From: a virus
IMG/VR virus record: IMGVR_UViG_3300025913_000032
Location: 5,381 to 69,380 of that record
Reading direction: 5' to 3' (one strand)
Length of the DNA stretch: 64,000 nucleotides
Each line of letters begins with the position of its first letter. The first letter of the stretch is position 1. Below, piece after piece: positions 28,342 through 36,742 of the stretch. The translations under genes and the position numbers were made by a program. The notes under the pieces were generated by a model. That model ran no database searches and had not been told where the DNA came from. It was given only the letters and a program-made list of their open reading frames with translations.

Positions 28342-29455
28342 TTGCTGCTCCTTGTTTGTCTACCTGCGCCAGAAGCAGGGCGATCTCGCTTCTCAGGCGC
28401 AGTGATTGAGTCCTTAGCGCACCCGTATCAACCTCCTTCTCTTTCGGCGGTGGCTCAGAAGCAGCAAGGAGTTCGTCTAACGCGTCTCTTGCGGCCACCA
28501 CCTTCGCGCGATTTGAAGCAGAGAGAATCCGGCCCTCCTTGACCCGGTTCTCATGGTTGCGCTGCATGTTGTGCGTATGCTTCTCAACTGCGGATACCAC
28601 AGCATCGAAGGACTCAAAGGAGTCGGCTACCGTGCTGCCTTTGAGATAAAATTCGTCGTCAGAACTGTTCAAAAATTCTTCAATCTGCGCCGTCACCAGT
28701 GGAATCATCGTCGGCGGGTACTCGTTAAACGCCTCAGTTACCTTCGCCTTCCAGTCGATGACCACGCCGGTGGTGCCGGAGTCTTTGGCAGTCTCGGCAA
28801 TCTTGCGAACTACACGACGCAGGGCTGACTCCACCTCCCACGTCGAAGGCGTCGTCTGGGCCATCTCTTCAGCGAGCATGCCTTTGGCCCCATCAACCGA
28901 CTTCACGCCTGTGGCCATCGCCATCCGGTTCATCGGAGCAGTGACAATGGAGTCTTCCATAATCTCGCCCTGCTTCAGGATGCGGATGCGGTCGAACTTC
29001 TGCGCTTTGAGCAGGTTGGCTTGCAGGCGGTCGGCTTTGACGTAGAGCGGCAACTGGTCCTTGTAGTCTTTTGCTTCGATATAGGACTTGTCGCTGATGG
29101 AATAGCCAAAAGAGAAGCCGACGCGTTTACCAGCCTTGGCGCGCTCCAATGACTTGGTACGGACGGCCTGCGCGTCAGGAGTGGAGTGAAACTCCGACTC
29201 AACAAACAACCCGTGGTCGTCTTCCTTCGCCTCGACTGGATAGCCAACCAGCTTGTCATAATCCCAGTCGTGGGAGTGAGCGGTGAATCCAGCGGTGAGA
29301 TACTCAGCCAGCGAATCCTTGAAGAATCCCGGCACAATTAAGTCGCCACCTTCGTCAATTTCACTGAACACCGCACGATAGCCGGAGATTCGCCCCGGCC
29401 CCTCGTCCTTGACCGTCAGGTCTTTCAGGTCGATAAATTTGCGCTCAATGTTCAT
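28334..29455 (-). CDS. HK97-type prohead protease with C-terminal extension
   Basis: ISGYRAVFSEIDEGGDLIVPGFF, EDDHGLFV, GFSFGY, EDSIVTAPMN; KEGRILSASN. Confidence 0.9.
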   Translation of the reverse strand: MNIERKFIDLKDLTVKDEGPGRISGYRAVFSEIDEGGDLIVPGFFKDSLAEYLTAGFTAHSHDWDYDKLVGYPVEAKEDDHGLFVESEFHSTPDAQAVRTKSLERAKAGKRVGFSFGYSISDKSYIEAKDYKDQLPLYVKADRLQANLLKAQKFDRIRILKQGEIMEDSIVTAPMNRMAMATGVKSVDGAKGMLAEEMAQTTPSTWEVESALRRVVRKIAETAKDSGTTGVVIDWKAKVTEAFNEYPPTMIPLVTAQIEEFLNSSDDEFYLKGSTVADSFESFDAVVSAVEKHTHNMQRNHENRVKEGRILSASNRAKVVAARDALDELLAASEPPPKEKEVDTGALRTQSLRLRSEIALLLAQVDKQGAANG

Positions 29456-29473
29456 TGGCGGCGCTCCCAAACG

Positions 29474-29513
29474 AAAAGCCCGCCGCGACTCTCAGTTGAG
29501 AATCAGGGCGGGC
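29474..29513 (-). terminator. Hairpin plus U-tract upstream of the protease gene
   Basis: GCCCGCC...GGCGGGC followed by TTTT on the minus strand. Confidence 0.55.
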
Positions 29514-29563
29514 GGTTCCGGTCATCATTCGCCGGACTTGACTCGCGGTCGTTTAGTTCAAGC

Positions 29564-29743
29564 TCACGTGGCTGCTTTCAGCCGTTTAAGACTCTTGCTC
29601 AACCCATCAAGCTGACGGGCAATGCGGTCAATCTCCCTGCTGACAGTCGGGTTGCCCTGTCGCTGCGGTTTGACTAACGGGACGGTCTGCGAATTCAGCG
29701 GCGCAGGAGTGGGCGGTGACTGCTCAGGGGATTGCTGGCTCAT
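29564..29743 (-). CDS. Hypothetical protein (MSQQSPEQ...)
   Basis: ATGA overlap with upstream ORF. Confidence 0.45.
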   Translation of the reverse strand: MSQQSPEQSPPTPAPLNSQTVPLVKPQRQGNPTVSREIDRIARQLDGLSKSLKRLKAAT

Positions 29744-29933
29744 TGGTTGTCGTCGGTTTCTATTCCAGTGATGACGCCAAACTCCTTGCGCTTGGCGTCG
29801 AGATATACTTCCCATGAGCCGTACAACGCTAAATCGAACCAGTCGGCATAGGACCGAAAACAATAGTTCCTTTGGGCATAGCGTCCGTGACTACCACTGG
29901 AAAGCCCCACAGCGTTTGCGGTTGGTCGCTCAT
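29740..29933 (-). pseudogene. Capsid-like mini-protein with a 1-nt frameshift
   Basis: MSDQPQTLWGFPVVVTDAMPKGTIVFG, then a -1 frame WFDLALYGSWEVYLDAKRKEFGVITGI. Confidence 0.5.
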
Positions 29934-29992
29934 GTCGAGCACACTTTAGCACACCACTGTGCGGGAATTGCAACAAAGTTTTACGCTGACGG

Positions 29993-30268
29993 CTATCCGT
30001 GCAGCCATTTGGCGGCGAGTTCCCGCATCTTGGCAGGGCAGTGAGTGCGCGGTTCAAGGTTCCCGCACCACTCGCAGAGCATGAGGTTGTAGCTGATGTT
30101 GAAGGCGCGTCCACCGAGGAAACCGCCGGTGTCGGGGTGCCGACCACGCCCACTAGCTTGTTGTCGTGTCATGTGGCAGGCTAATAGCGACTCGTCCAGC
30201 TCGTTGTCCCGGATTAACTGGAGCAGGGCGAGGTAAGCGTGACGAGGTAGCGGTTGCAGCGCGTTCAT
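29993..30268 (-). CDS. Hypothetical protein with CxxC
   Basis: ATGA overlap with GT11 stop. Confidence 0.5.
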   Translation of the reverse strand: MNALQPLPRHAYLALLQLIRDNELDESLLACHMTRQQASGRGRHPDTGGFLGGRAFNISYNLMLCEWCGNLEPRTHCPAKMRELAAKWLHG

Positions 30269-31023
30269 TGCCAGTCGATTATCCTCCATGTCGGCCCATA
30301 GACGTCCTCACCAGTGATCTGCGCATAAGCTGGCCCAAACCACGGACGTGGTGCAACCACTTGCTTGTCGGGCGCATCGCTCAGCACGGCGGCAATGGCA
30401 CTGTAACTGCTGTTGCCGATGATGAATCGGGTGCAGGACTTCATCAGCTTGAAGTCATCAAGGTAATCACGTCCCTCGCTGTACTCCACTTCGTCGCCGA
30501 ACATCCGCTTGCACTCGTCAATGTCATCGCTGAACACAAGGTATGGACCAGCGACGTGACGCATAGCTTCGCGATAGTAGGACTCCGGCACGCGCGGATG
30601 GTAGCGGTCATCGTAATCACCCCGGCGCACGTGGATGGCGCAATAGTCGTTACGCTGATAATCACCCTTCATCCGCAAATACCAGCGACACTCGTCAATG
30701 GCGTGGGAGAAGTAACGCTCGCTCTGGAAATGCCCCGACAGACTGACACTGTGGGTCAGGTTTACTTCGTGGTAGCCCCACTCGACTGGATGGTCCGGCA
30801 GCGCTGGCCCATCGTAGAGCAGCAGTGGATTAATGAAGTGCTTGTACACGTCACAGTCCTCAGTACTACCGAAGCGCTCCTTATGGTCCCAGTTAACCAG
30901 CAGCGGGAAAGCGAAGTCGAAGTTGTTGCGCCGTGCGATGCCGATGACGCCGCAGACTTGGTACAACATGTTGGCCCAGCGACCGTAGCGCCCGATGGTG
31001 TTGCAGGTGACGATGTTGCTCAT
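30265..31023 (-). CDS. GT11 alpha-1,2-fucosyltransferase-like
   Basis: GRWANMLYQ, GHFQSERYF, AIHVRRGDY, LVFSDD, IIGNSSYS motifs. Confidence 0.92.
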   Translation of the reverse strand: MSNIVTCNTIGRYGRWANMLYQVCGVIGIARRNNFDFAFPLLVNWDHKERFGSTEDCDVYKHFINPLLLYDGPALPDHPVEWGYHEVNLTHSVSLSGHFQSERYFSHAIDECRWYLRMKGDYQRNDYCAIHVRRGDYDDRYHPRVPESYYREAMRHVAGPYLVFSDDIDECKRMFGDEVEYSEGRDYLDDFKLMKSCTRFIIGNSSYSAIAAVLSDAPDKQVVAPRPWFGPAYAQITGEDVYGPTWRIIDWQ

Positions 31024-31202
31024 CGATAACGCTCACACTCCCTGTGTTCAAAGCTGAGACGATAAAAGGCGAGTGCCAAATGGTAGATACAGATCTTTGT
31101 CCAGAATTCAGCCTCACGCAAATAGCCGAAATAGACGTGGCGTTGGATAACGCCGGCAAAGTACGCCGCACAATGCATGTGATATTTGGAGTCTGTCATC
31201 AC
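31020..31202 (-). CDS. Hypothetical protein
   Basis: Translationally coupled on both sides. Confidence 0.45.
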   Translation of the reverse strand: MMTDSKYHMHCAAYFAGVIQRHVYFGYLREAEFWTKICIYHLALAFYRLSFEHRECERYR

Positions 31203-31855
31203 ATTGTATCCGCTGGTGGTGGTAGCCAGCCTCGATTGAAATACTGTTGCCACTCCAACAGTGGATGTGCCGCACACTCAGGAAACAGTGGTTCGTACTC
31301 TTGGCGACAGAGGACCAAGTTGCCAGTGTGACAAACGACAAAGTAGCCCCGCTCCAGTGCCGCCGTCGTCATGGCCCAGTAACCGACACCGCCATCGGGG
31401 TTGATGTACTCGCTGGGTGGTTCGATGGAGGAGTCAATCTCGACGATGACGATTTTAGGCTGCGCTTGCATGCCGCAGAAGATGTCATAGTCGCCGCCGT
31501 CAGTGTCAAGGGACAGTACGTCGCACCGTTCGTCAACAAACGCGTTGATGTTGTGGCCGTCCACGCAGCAGCACTGCGCCCTCACACGCGGGTTGTTGGC
31601 CCAGTTGGTCCTGCATTGCTGGTAGAGGCTGTAGTTGGCTTCGACGTATAAGCCAGACCAGTATGAATCAATCAGCAATGCAATGTTAGAGCAGTACTTC
31701 CCATCATTTCCTCCTATCTCAACCGCATGGCCCGCGCCTTCATTAGCCAGCACGCCTGCGTCAACAAACCGTCGTACACACTGAATCAGTACCCCTTCCT
31801 CACCGTTTTGAGAATAGAAGAGATTGCGCGCGTACCTGTTCAGGAAGTCAAGCAT
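31199..31855 (-). CDS. FkbM-like SAM methyltransferase
   Basis: YSQNGEEGV, VEIGGNDG..SN, WSGLYVEA, VLSLDTDGGDY, PKIVIVEI. Confidence 0.8.
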   Translation of the reverse strand: MLDFLNRYARNLFYSQNGEEGVLIQCVRRFVDAGVLANEGAGHAVEIGGNDGKYCSNIALLIDSYWSGLYVEANYSLYQQCRTNWANNPRVRAQCCCVDGHNINAFVDERCDVLSLDTDGGDYDIFCGMQAQPKIVIVEIDSSIEPPSEYINPDGGVGYWAMTTAALERGYFVVCHTGNLVLCRQEYEPLFPECAAHPLLEWQQYFNRGWLPPPADTM

Positions 31856-32405
31856 CCCGCCTCCACGTCCCATAACAGCAATCCGCATCAAAGAAACCCG
31901 GTAGGCGGTCGGTGTAGCGGCGCACTACTCCACCGAACCAGCGAACAAAGTCGTCCTCAGTAAACGTGTGAGGATGATACACGCAAGTCGGGTAGTTCAC
32001 GGGTTCAAAGAAGCGCACCACAGGCGCGACTTCCTTCGCCCTAGCAACCACGCGCTCCGGGTCGCGGACGTGCTGGAGACAGTTGAATAGCCAGCACTCG
32101 TCGGACCTGATCATGTCGGCATCTTCAAAGGGTTCCCTCAGCCAGATCACGCCAACCAGCTTTTCAAGCTCAGCGAACCATAGTGGCTCAACGAGGACGG
32201 GTTGGACATCGGTAACGAACGAGGTCGCTGGATACGGCCCGCAGCCGACTTCAGTGATGGTCTTACCATACTGGTCAAATACCATGTTGAGATAGTCGAA
32301 CGTCAGCCGAGTTGCGCGATAGGCATTCGCCTCGGTGTAAGTAGCAACCGCCGCTTCAGCAACCTGCGCCTCTTGCCAGCGGGTGTGGGTGATGGGTTCG
32401 ATCAT
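31848..32405 (-). CDS. Class I SAM-dependent methyltransferase-like
   Basis: ITEVGCGP motif I; FNCLQHVRDP. Confidence 0.75.
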   Translation of the reverse strand: MIEPITHTRWQEAQVAEAAVATYTEANAYRATRLTFDYLNMVFDQYGKTITEVGCGPYPATSFVTDVQPVLVEPLWFAELEKLVGVIWLREPFEDADMIRSDECWLFNCLQHVRDPERVVARAKEVAPVVRFFEPVNYPTCVYHPHTFTEDDFVRWFGGVVRRYTDRLPGFFDADCCYGTWRRDA

Positions 32406-33238
32406 TGCTTCCACTCGTGATCGCGTCGTCGATGATGGTGAAACAACACCGGGTAATCGTCAGCCGCATACTCCGACAGCTTCCCGTAGATGAACTCCGG
32501 CGTGCCGCCACGATTATACACCGCTGGCCAGTAGTGCAAGCGGCATCCTTCCCTGTACGCCATCGTCGTCAGGATCGCCTGATCGTGGCGGTGTTCCTGA
32601 AACTCAGGGTGGTTGGGCAGGCGTGATGGGGAGTCATCGATGAGTCGCCCACCATCATGCAGGCACCACTTCAGCCATTCAGCAACGAAGGCACGGGACC
32701 AATCCGACACGCGGAAGAAGATGACGCTGGCTTGGACTTGTTTGCCAAAGCGCTCCCAGACCAGTTCCTCGTTGTAGTCCCCGGTGAACGCCTCTCGTAG
32801 CTCATTGTGCAGCCAACTCTCACCATAGACAGCCTCCACCGCATCCCGCTTGCACCAATGCGCGTGTTCCCAGTTGTTGCCGAATAGCCAGACGTCATGG
32901 TCCATGCGGGTGGTGATGTGGCTGACAGGGGCGATGAACTCGACGCCTGCGTCGGCGTAGATGAGGATATCGCCGTCAGTTAAGTGACCCAACTGAGTAT
33001 TAACGCCGTCAACTGAGTAACCCAACTGCGCGTTGATAATCATAGGCTTCCACGCCCATAGCCCGCAGCCTTTGGGGTTGTTCCAAATAGCCTCGTGGCC
33101 GATGAACGCACTCGCTACGCCTGACGGCTGGTATTCATGAACCTTATCTACGCCGTGATGGCGAGCGCTCAGCACACACAGCTCCCGCGCCCGGCTCATA
33201 CTCTCATCTGCGAAGGTGACGAGTTGGACTTGGCTCAC
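32402..33238 (-). CDS. GT-A-like sugar transferase
   Basis: GLWAWKPMII, ILIYADAG, EHRHDQAILT motifs. Confidence 0.7.
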   Translation of the reverse strand: MSQVQLVTFADESMSRARELCVLSARHHGVDKVHEYQPSGVASAFIGHEAIWNNPKGCGLWAWKPMIINAQLGYSVDGVNTQLGHLTDGDILIYADAGVEFIAPVSHITTRMDHDVWLFGNNWEHAHWCKRDAVEAVYGESWLHNELREAFTGDYNEELVWERFGKQVQASVIFFRVSDWSRAFVAEWLKWCLHDGGRLIDDSPSRLPNHPEFQEHRHDQAILTTMAYREGCRLHYWPAVYNRGGTPEFIYGKLSEYAADDYPVLFHHHRRRDHEWKQ

Positions 33239-33426
33239 TGCCGCACCTCGTAGTTGACACCTTCCTTATCCAGTTGCGCGGTGATTGCCTCCACCAGTTC
33301 ATCAGCAGGATAGGTCGTATAGGTGCGCTGTAGCAGCAACTTGTATCCGCTCTCACGGATTAGTTCTGCTTCAATCTCAATGGCGCGCAGATAATCATGC
33401 TCATTGGTAAACTTGATGCCGTTCAT
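33235..33426 (-). CDS. Hypothetical protein
   Basis: Coupled ORF within the cassette. Confidence 0.5.
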   Translation of the reverse strand: MNGIKFTNEHDYLRAIEIEAELIRESGYKLLLQRTYTTYPADELVEAITAQLDKEGVNYEVRQ

Positions 33427-33461
33427 CTTAACCTCGCCTCACTCGCCTCAAATATCGGCGA
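33423..33461 (-). pseudogene. Displaced former C-terminus of the GT25 gene
   Basis: SPIFEASEARLR* versus current TKVFELSDTKLIG*; its TGA overlaps the next ATG. Confidence 0.65.
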
Positions 33462-33462
33462 T

Positions 33463-34047
33463 TTACTTAACGTGAGTCCAAGCCTCCCCTTTTACTACGT
33501 TACAAATCAATCGGACGCTGACGCCGTGTTTACGCGCCAGCCCCTTAAAACCATACTCGGATGAGCCGCGCCTATATGTAGCACGAATAGACCGGACATT
33601 AGACTCTGTCAACTTGGCTAGCGGGTGTTTTTCACCCTGCACATCAGGGCGCGATAAGGCACGTACCACAGCGTGCGGCACTGTGCCACGACCACCACGC
33701 GAACAATTCATCATACGTGGCACGCTCGCCATGTTCTTGTGCATTTGAATAACGTATATCTCGTACCTGTCAAGCATCTCCTGAGGTACGTTAGGGGCCA
33801 TTGTGTGAAGCAAGTCGAGTCTGTGAGCATCAAATCCGTATCGCAATAAAGAACGCGCTAACAGCCGTTGGTGTCTGCCGTGACTGCCGCCCTTTCCCCT
33901 TGCTATCGAACGGTAGTTTGCCATACGTCCCTTAAGGTTTCGTGTCTGACCTATATAAACAGCACCCGATGGCGAAGTCAGCCGATACAGAACAGCGCTA
34001 CCCGATGAGCTTGGTATCACTAAGTTCAAAAACTTTGGTGTAGTCAT
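33463..34047 (-). CDS. GIY-YIG homing endonuclease with C-terminal HTH
   Basis: VLYRLTSPSGAVYIGQTRNLKGR; GEKHPLAKLTE...LARKHGVS. Confidence 0.85.
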   Translation of the reverse strand: MTTPKFLNLVIPSSSGSAVLYRLTSPSGAVYIGQTRNLKGRMANYRSIARGKGGSHGRHQRLLARSLLRYGFDAHRLDLLHTMAPNVPQEMLDRYEIYVIQMHKNMASVPRMMNCSRGGRGTVPHAVVRALSRPDVQGEKHPLAKLTESNVRSIRATYRRGSSEYGFKGLARKHGVSVRLICNVVKGEAWTHVK

Positions 34048-34609
34048 CAACACGTCCCCATATCATCGAATACCGAGGTCTTTGATATGCAACCATTGGT
34101 GCAACTATAAACGCCTGCAACTCCGGTAATAGGTCGCTCAATGCGTTGTCAAACATACGCTCATTCAGCGAGGGTTGCTTACCAAGAATGAACTCTACGC
34201 ACTTCTTATGATAAGCAACCGCATGCGTGGTCCACGCTGCACGTACTCGCCACAGGTGGTCACTAAATCGTTCCAGCTGTGGCTCACCATCATTCCAGCA
34301 AACAAGATTCGCGCCGAGGTACAGGATGTCCCAGTCGGCGGGTAACTCGCTCAACGCAGCAGGTAGATGGTCCAAGTTGCGGAATACAACATCATCCTCC
34401 AGATGCAACAGTACCTCGTCGGTGGAGTACAGAAACTCCAACAGAATGTTCCGCTCGCTGTGGCTGAACGACTGATGCGGGCCGATTTCCCGCACCGCGT
34501 GGTATGGTTGCACCACTAGCCCGACACGCTCGCACTCAGCTGCACCCAGCGCGTACTCGTTGCTGTTGGCGGTGAGCATGATGACGCGGTGGAAGAAGGA
34601 CCAGTCCAT
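33998..34609 (-). CDS. GT25-like glycosyltransferase
   Basis: SH..IL, LHLEDDVVF, DWDILYLG, TTHAVAY, PMVAYQ motifs. Confidence 0.85.
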   Translation of the reverse strand: MDWSFFHRVIMLTANSNEYALGAAECERVGLVVQPYHAVREIGPHQSFSHSERNILLEFLYSTDEVLLHLEDDVVFRNLDHLPAALSELPADWDILYLGANLVCWNDGEPQLERFSDHLWRVRAAWTTHAVAYHKKCVEFILGKQPSLNERMFDNALSDLLPELQAFIVAPMVAYQRPRYSMIWGRVDDYTKVFELSDTKLIG

Positions 34610-34884
34610 TAGTTCTCCGTACCAACCACATCCGGCCATTCTATATCAAGAAACTCAAAGCTGACGTTCTTCAGGTCCAGCGTCAGGGAGTTACCCTCGT
34701 CAACCGTCGTTGGCCTCGGTAGTGGCGACAACATCGATGGACCACCCACCCGCTCACAGACGCCGTAGTGCGTGACGGTCCAGTCGGTGTCAGCCTCGAA
34801 GGTGGCATGATGCCGCTCGTCAATCACCGCGTTGGCGAGGCGGGTCAGGGTGTTGCCGTCGTCGTGGTAGAGGGAGGCGATCAT
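34609..34884 (-). CDS. Small protein resembling a fibre-module structural domain
   Basis: TFEADTDWTVTHYGV...PTTVDEGNSLTL. Confidence 0.45.
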   Translation of the reverse strand: MIASLYHDDGNTLTRLANAVIDERHHATFEADTDWTVTHYGVCERVGGPSMLSPLPRPTTVDEGNSLTLDLKNVSFEFLDIEWPDVVGTEN

Positions 34885-34886
34885 TA

Positions 34887-35120
34887 CTAGTTGTTATCGT
34901 CCACGATAGTGCAGTTATCCCAATCCAAATCGGCGACATGTTCTGGGCCTAATTGCTCTCGGACGATACGCTCGGCAAACGCCTTCTTGCTTTCGGCCTG
35001 CATATCGGGATGATCAAAGACAAATTCCGTCCGCCCGCCCATCTCAATCTCATGGCCACAGCATCCAGTATCGCAACCATAACCACGGTGGTAAACAATA
35101 ACTTTCGTCATCACAACCAC
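34887..35120 (-). CDS. Hypothetical Cys-rich protein
   Basis: HRGYGCDTGCCGH. Confidence 0.55.
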   Translation of the reverse strand: MVVMTKVIVYHRGYGCDTGCCGHEIEMGGRTEFVFDHPDMQAESKKAFAERIVREQLGPEHVADLDWDNCTIVDDNN

Positions 35121-35214
35121 CTGTCAATCAGCCTGCGCCACAGGGGCTTGCGTAATCTGTAGAACAACTCAGCGTTGGCGTTCATTGGTGCATGTCTCCT
35201 TTCGACTGTCGCAG

Positions 35215-35251
35215 ATTCTACTTGACTTTTGTTTCGCGTGTCAACTATAAT
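35215..35251. promoter_or_regulatory. Overlapping divergent sigma70 promoters
   Basis: Plus: TTGACT-18-TATAAT; minus: TTGACA-18-TAGAAT. Confidence 0.75.
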
Positions 35252-35258
35252 CGCTTTC

Positions 35259-35471
35259 ATGAAACTTGGCGACGTAATCCGACGTTACCGCATTATGAGT
35301 GAGTTGACATTGCGCGAGGTAGGTAAGGACATTGGCATTGGGGCAGCGACGTTAATGCGGCTGGAGCACGGACTGGAGCCTGATGGTCGCACGTTGGCGA
35401 AGGTATTAATGTGGCTGATGCAGGCGCATAGCACCAACGGCACCCGCAGCAAGACGGAGGGACGACGATGA
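35259..35471 (+). CDS. Cro/C1-type HTH regulator
   Basis: LGDVIRRYRIMSELTLREVGKDIGIGAATLMRLEHG. Confidence 0.85.
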   Translation: MKLGDVIRRYRIMSELTLREVGKDIGIGAATLMRLEHGLEPDGRTLAKVLMWLMQAHSTNGTRSKTEGRR

Positions 35472-36734
35472 GCATCTATCTCTTTCACTCGTTACAGACA
35501 CTGAGCGCATCGTGCGAGGCGGCTACAGCGGCGACGAAGGCACTTGGTGATGTAATTCAGGCTCAATACCCAACGTGGCTGATAATCGAGGGTGGCAACT
35601 GGCCTGACAGGTTCTCATTGCTAAACCGCTACCTGCGCACGGGCGTGGAACCTGAGTACTTCTCAGACGAAAGGTGGACAGCAGATGGCAAAGGGTAAAT
35701 CGTGGAAGAAAGCAGCGCCGAAGAAGCGCAAGGCAACCAGTTCGCAGCGCAAGGGCAGGCCGCAGAGTTGAGACGGAGGGGCGACGGGGGTGAGTGACAA
35801 GACTAAGACTGTTGGTTGTATCGGTGCCTTAATCATTCTGCTGATGACCGGAGCCGTAGTCGGTTTGGTGGAACTTGCCCGCAGTGTCGGCGCGCAACAA
35901 TACTTTTGGGCTTTTCAGGCAGTGGTTACTATTATGGGCTTGGCAGGCGTAATCAGCGCGATCGAGCGGCACCCACCGCAGACTGAAAGCGAGGGACGGG
36001 ATGGCTGAGAAGGTAAAAGAACGCATCTTTTCCGGTAAGCCCAGCAAGTCCATGTGGGAGTACATTAACAAATTGCGGGATTACAGTGAGCCGACGCACA
36101 TGGCAATCTACGTCTTGGCCTGTCGCTATCAGGAACTGGAGGCGTTAGTACGTAAGCTACAACAGCGCGTGGAGTCTGAGCAATGAGTGAGCGGGATGAC
36201 GACACGCGATATTTGCTGCTGTGGGTTATCTATGTCGGTCTTTTCCTGTTTGCGTATCTTGAGGCCGACTCGTGGATTCAGCGCAGTCAGCTTCACGACG
36301 TCCAGCGCCGGGTCGCAGAACTGGAGAGTCGCAAGTGAGTGACGACAACGGTAACAGGCCAGCGATGCGCGACGACATTATCTACGCGGTGATCGTAATA
36401 ATCGTCGCCATGTCACTATGTAGCAACGTTGATAGTTGCAGCAGGCGATTGCAGATTAACAAGCTGCGGGAAGACTTGCAGCGACAACGCTGAAAGGAGC
36501 ACCCAACCTATGCCCACCATCTTCATCACCAGCGCCGACTACGGCCCGCTGCACTTTCCACCGTCGCCCAGCTGCCTGCCGCATACTATCCCGGCGGATG
36601 CAGTGCTGACCCCAGCGTCGGACTGCACCGTGCGAGTGCGTGTGAACGAAGCAACCCATGAAATCGGATACGAGAACGAAGGTGAGGACGGGGTGACGCT
36701 GGTGGTGAAGCCGAAGGGTCAGTCCTGCACGTAG
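35468..36734 (+). other. Run of small hypothetical ORFs, several hydrophobic (35468-35698, 35790-36008, 36001-36186, ~36510-36734)
   Basis: Coupled short ORFs downstream of the HTH gene. Confidence 0.5.
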
Positions 36735-36742
36735 ATCAAAGT
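36719..36742 (-). pseudogene. Displaced former C-terminus of the minor head protein gene
   Basis: TLIYVQD* versus current FHVFVSD*. Confidence 0.55.

Noticed and set aside
29740-30153. 137-aa ORF as given in the track
   Set aside because: Its 5' part overlaps another gene and a promoter; only the 3' part looks coding, joined to the ATG at 29933
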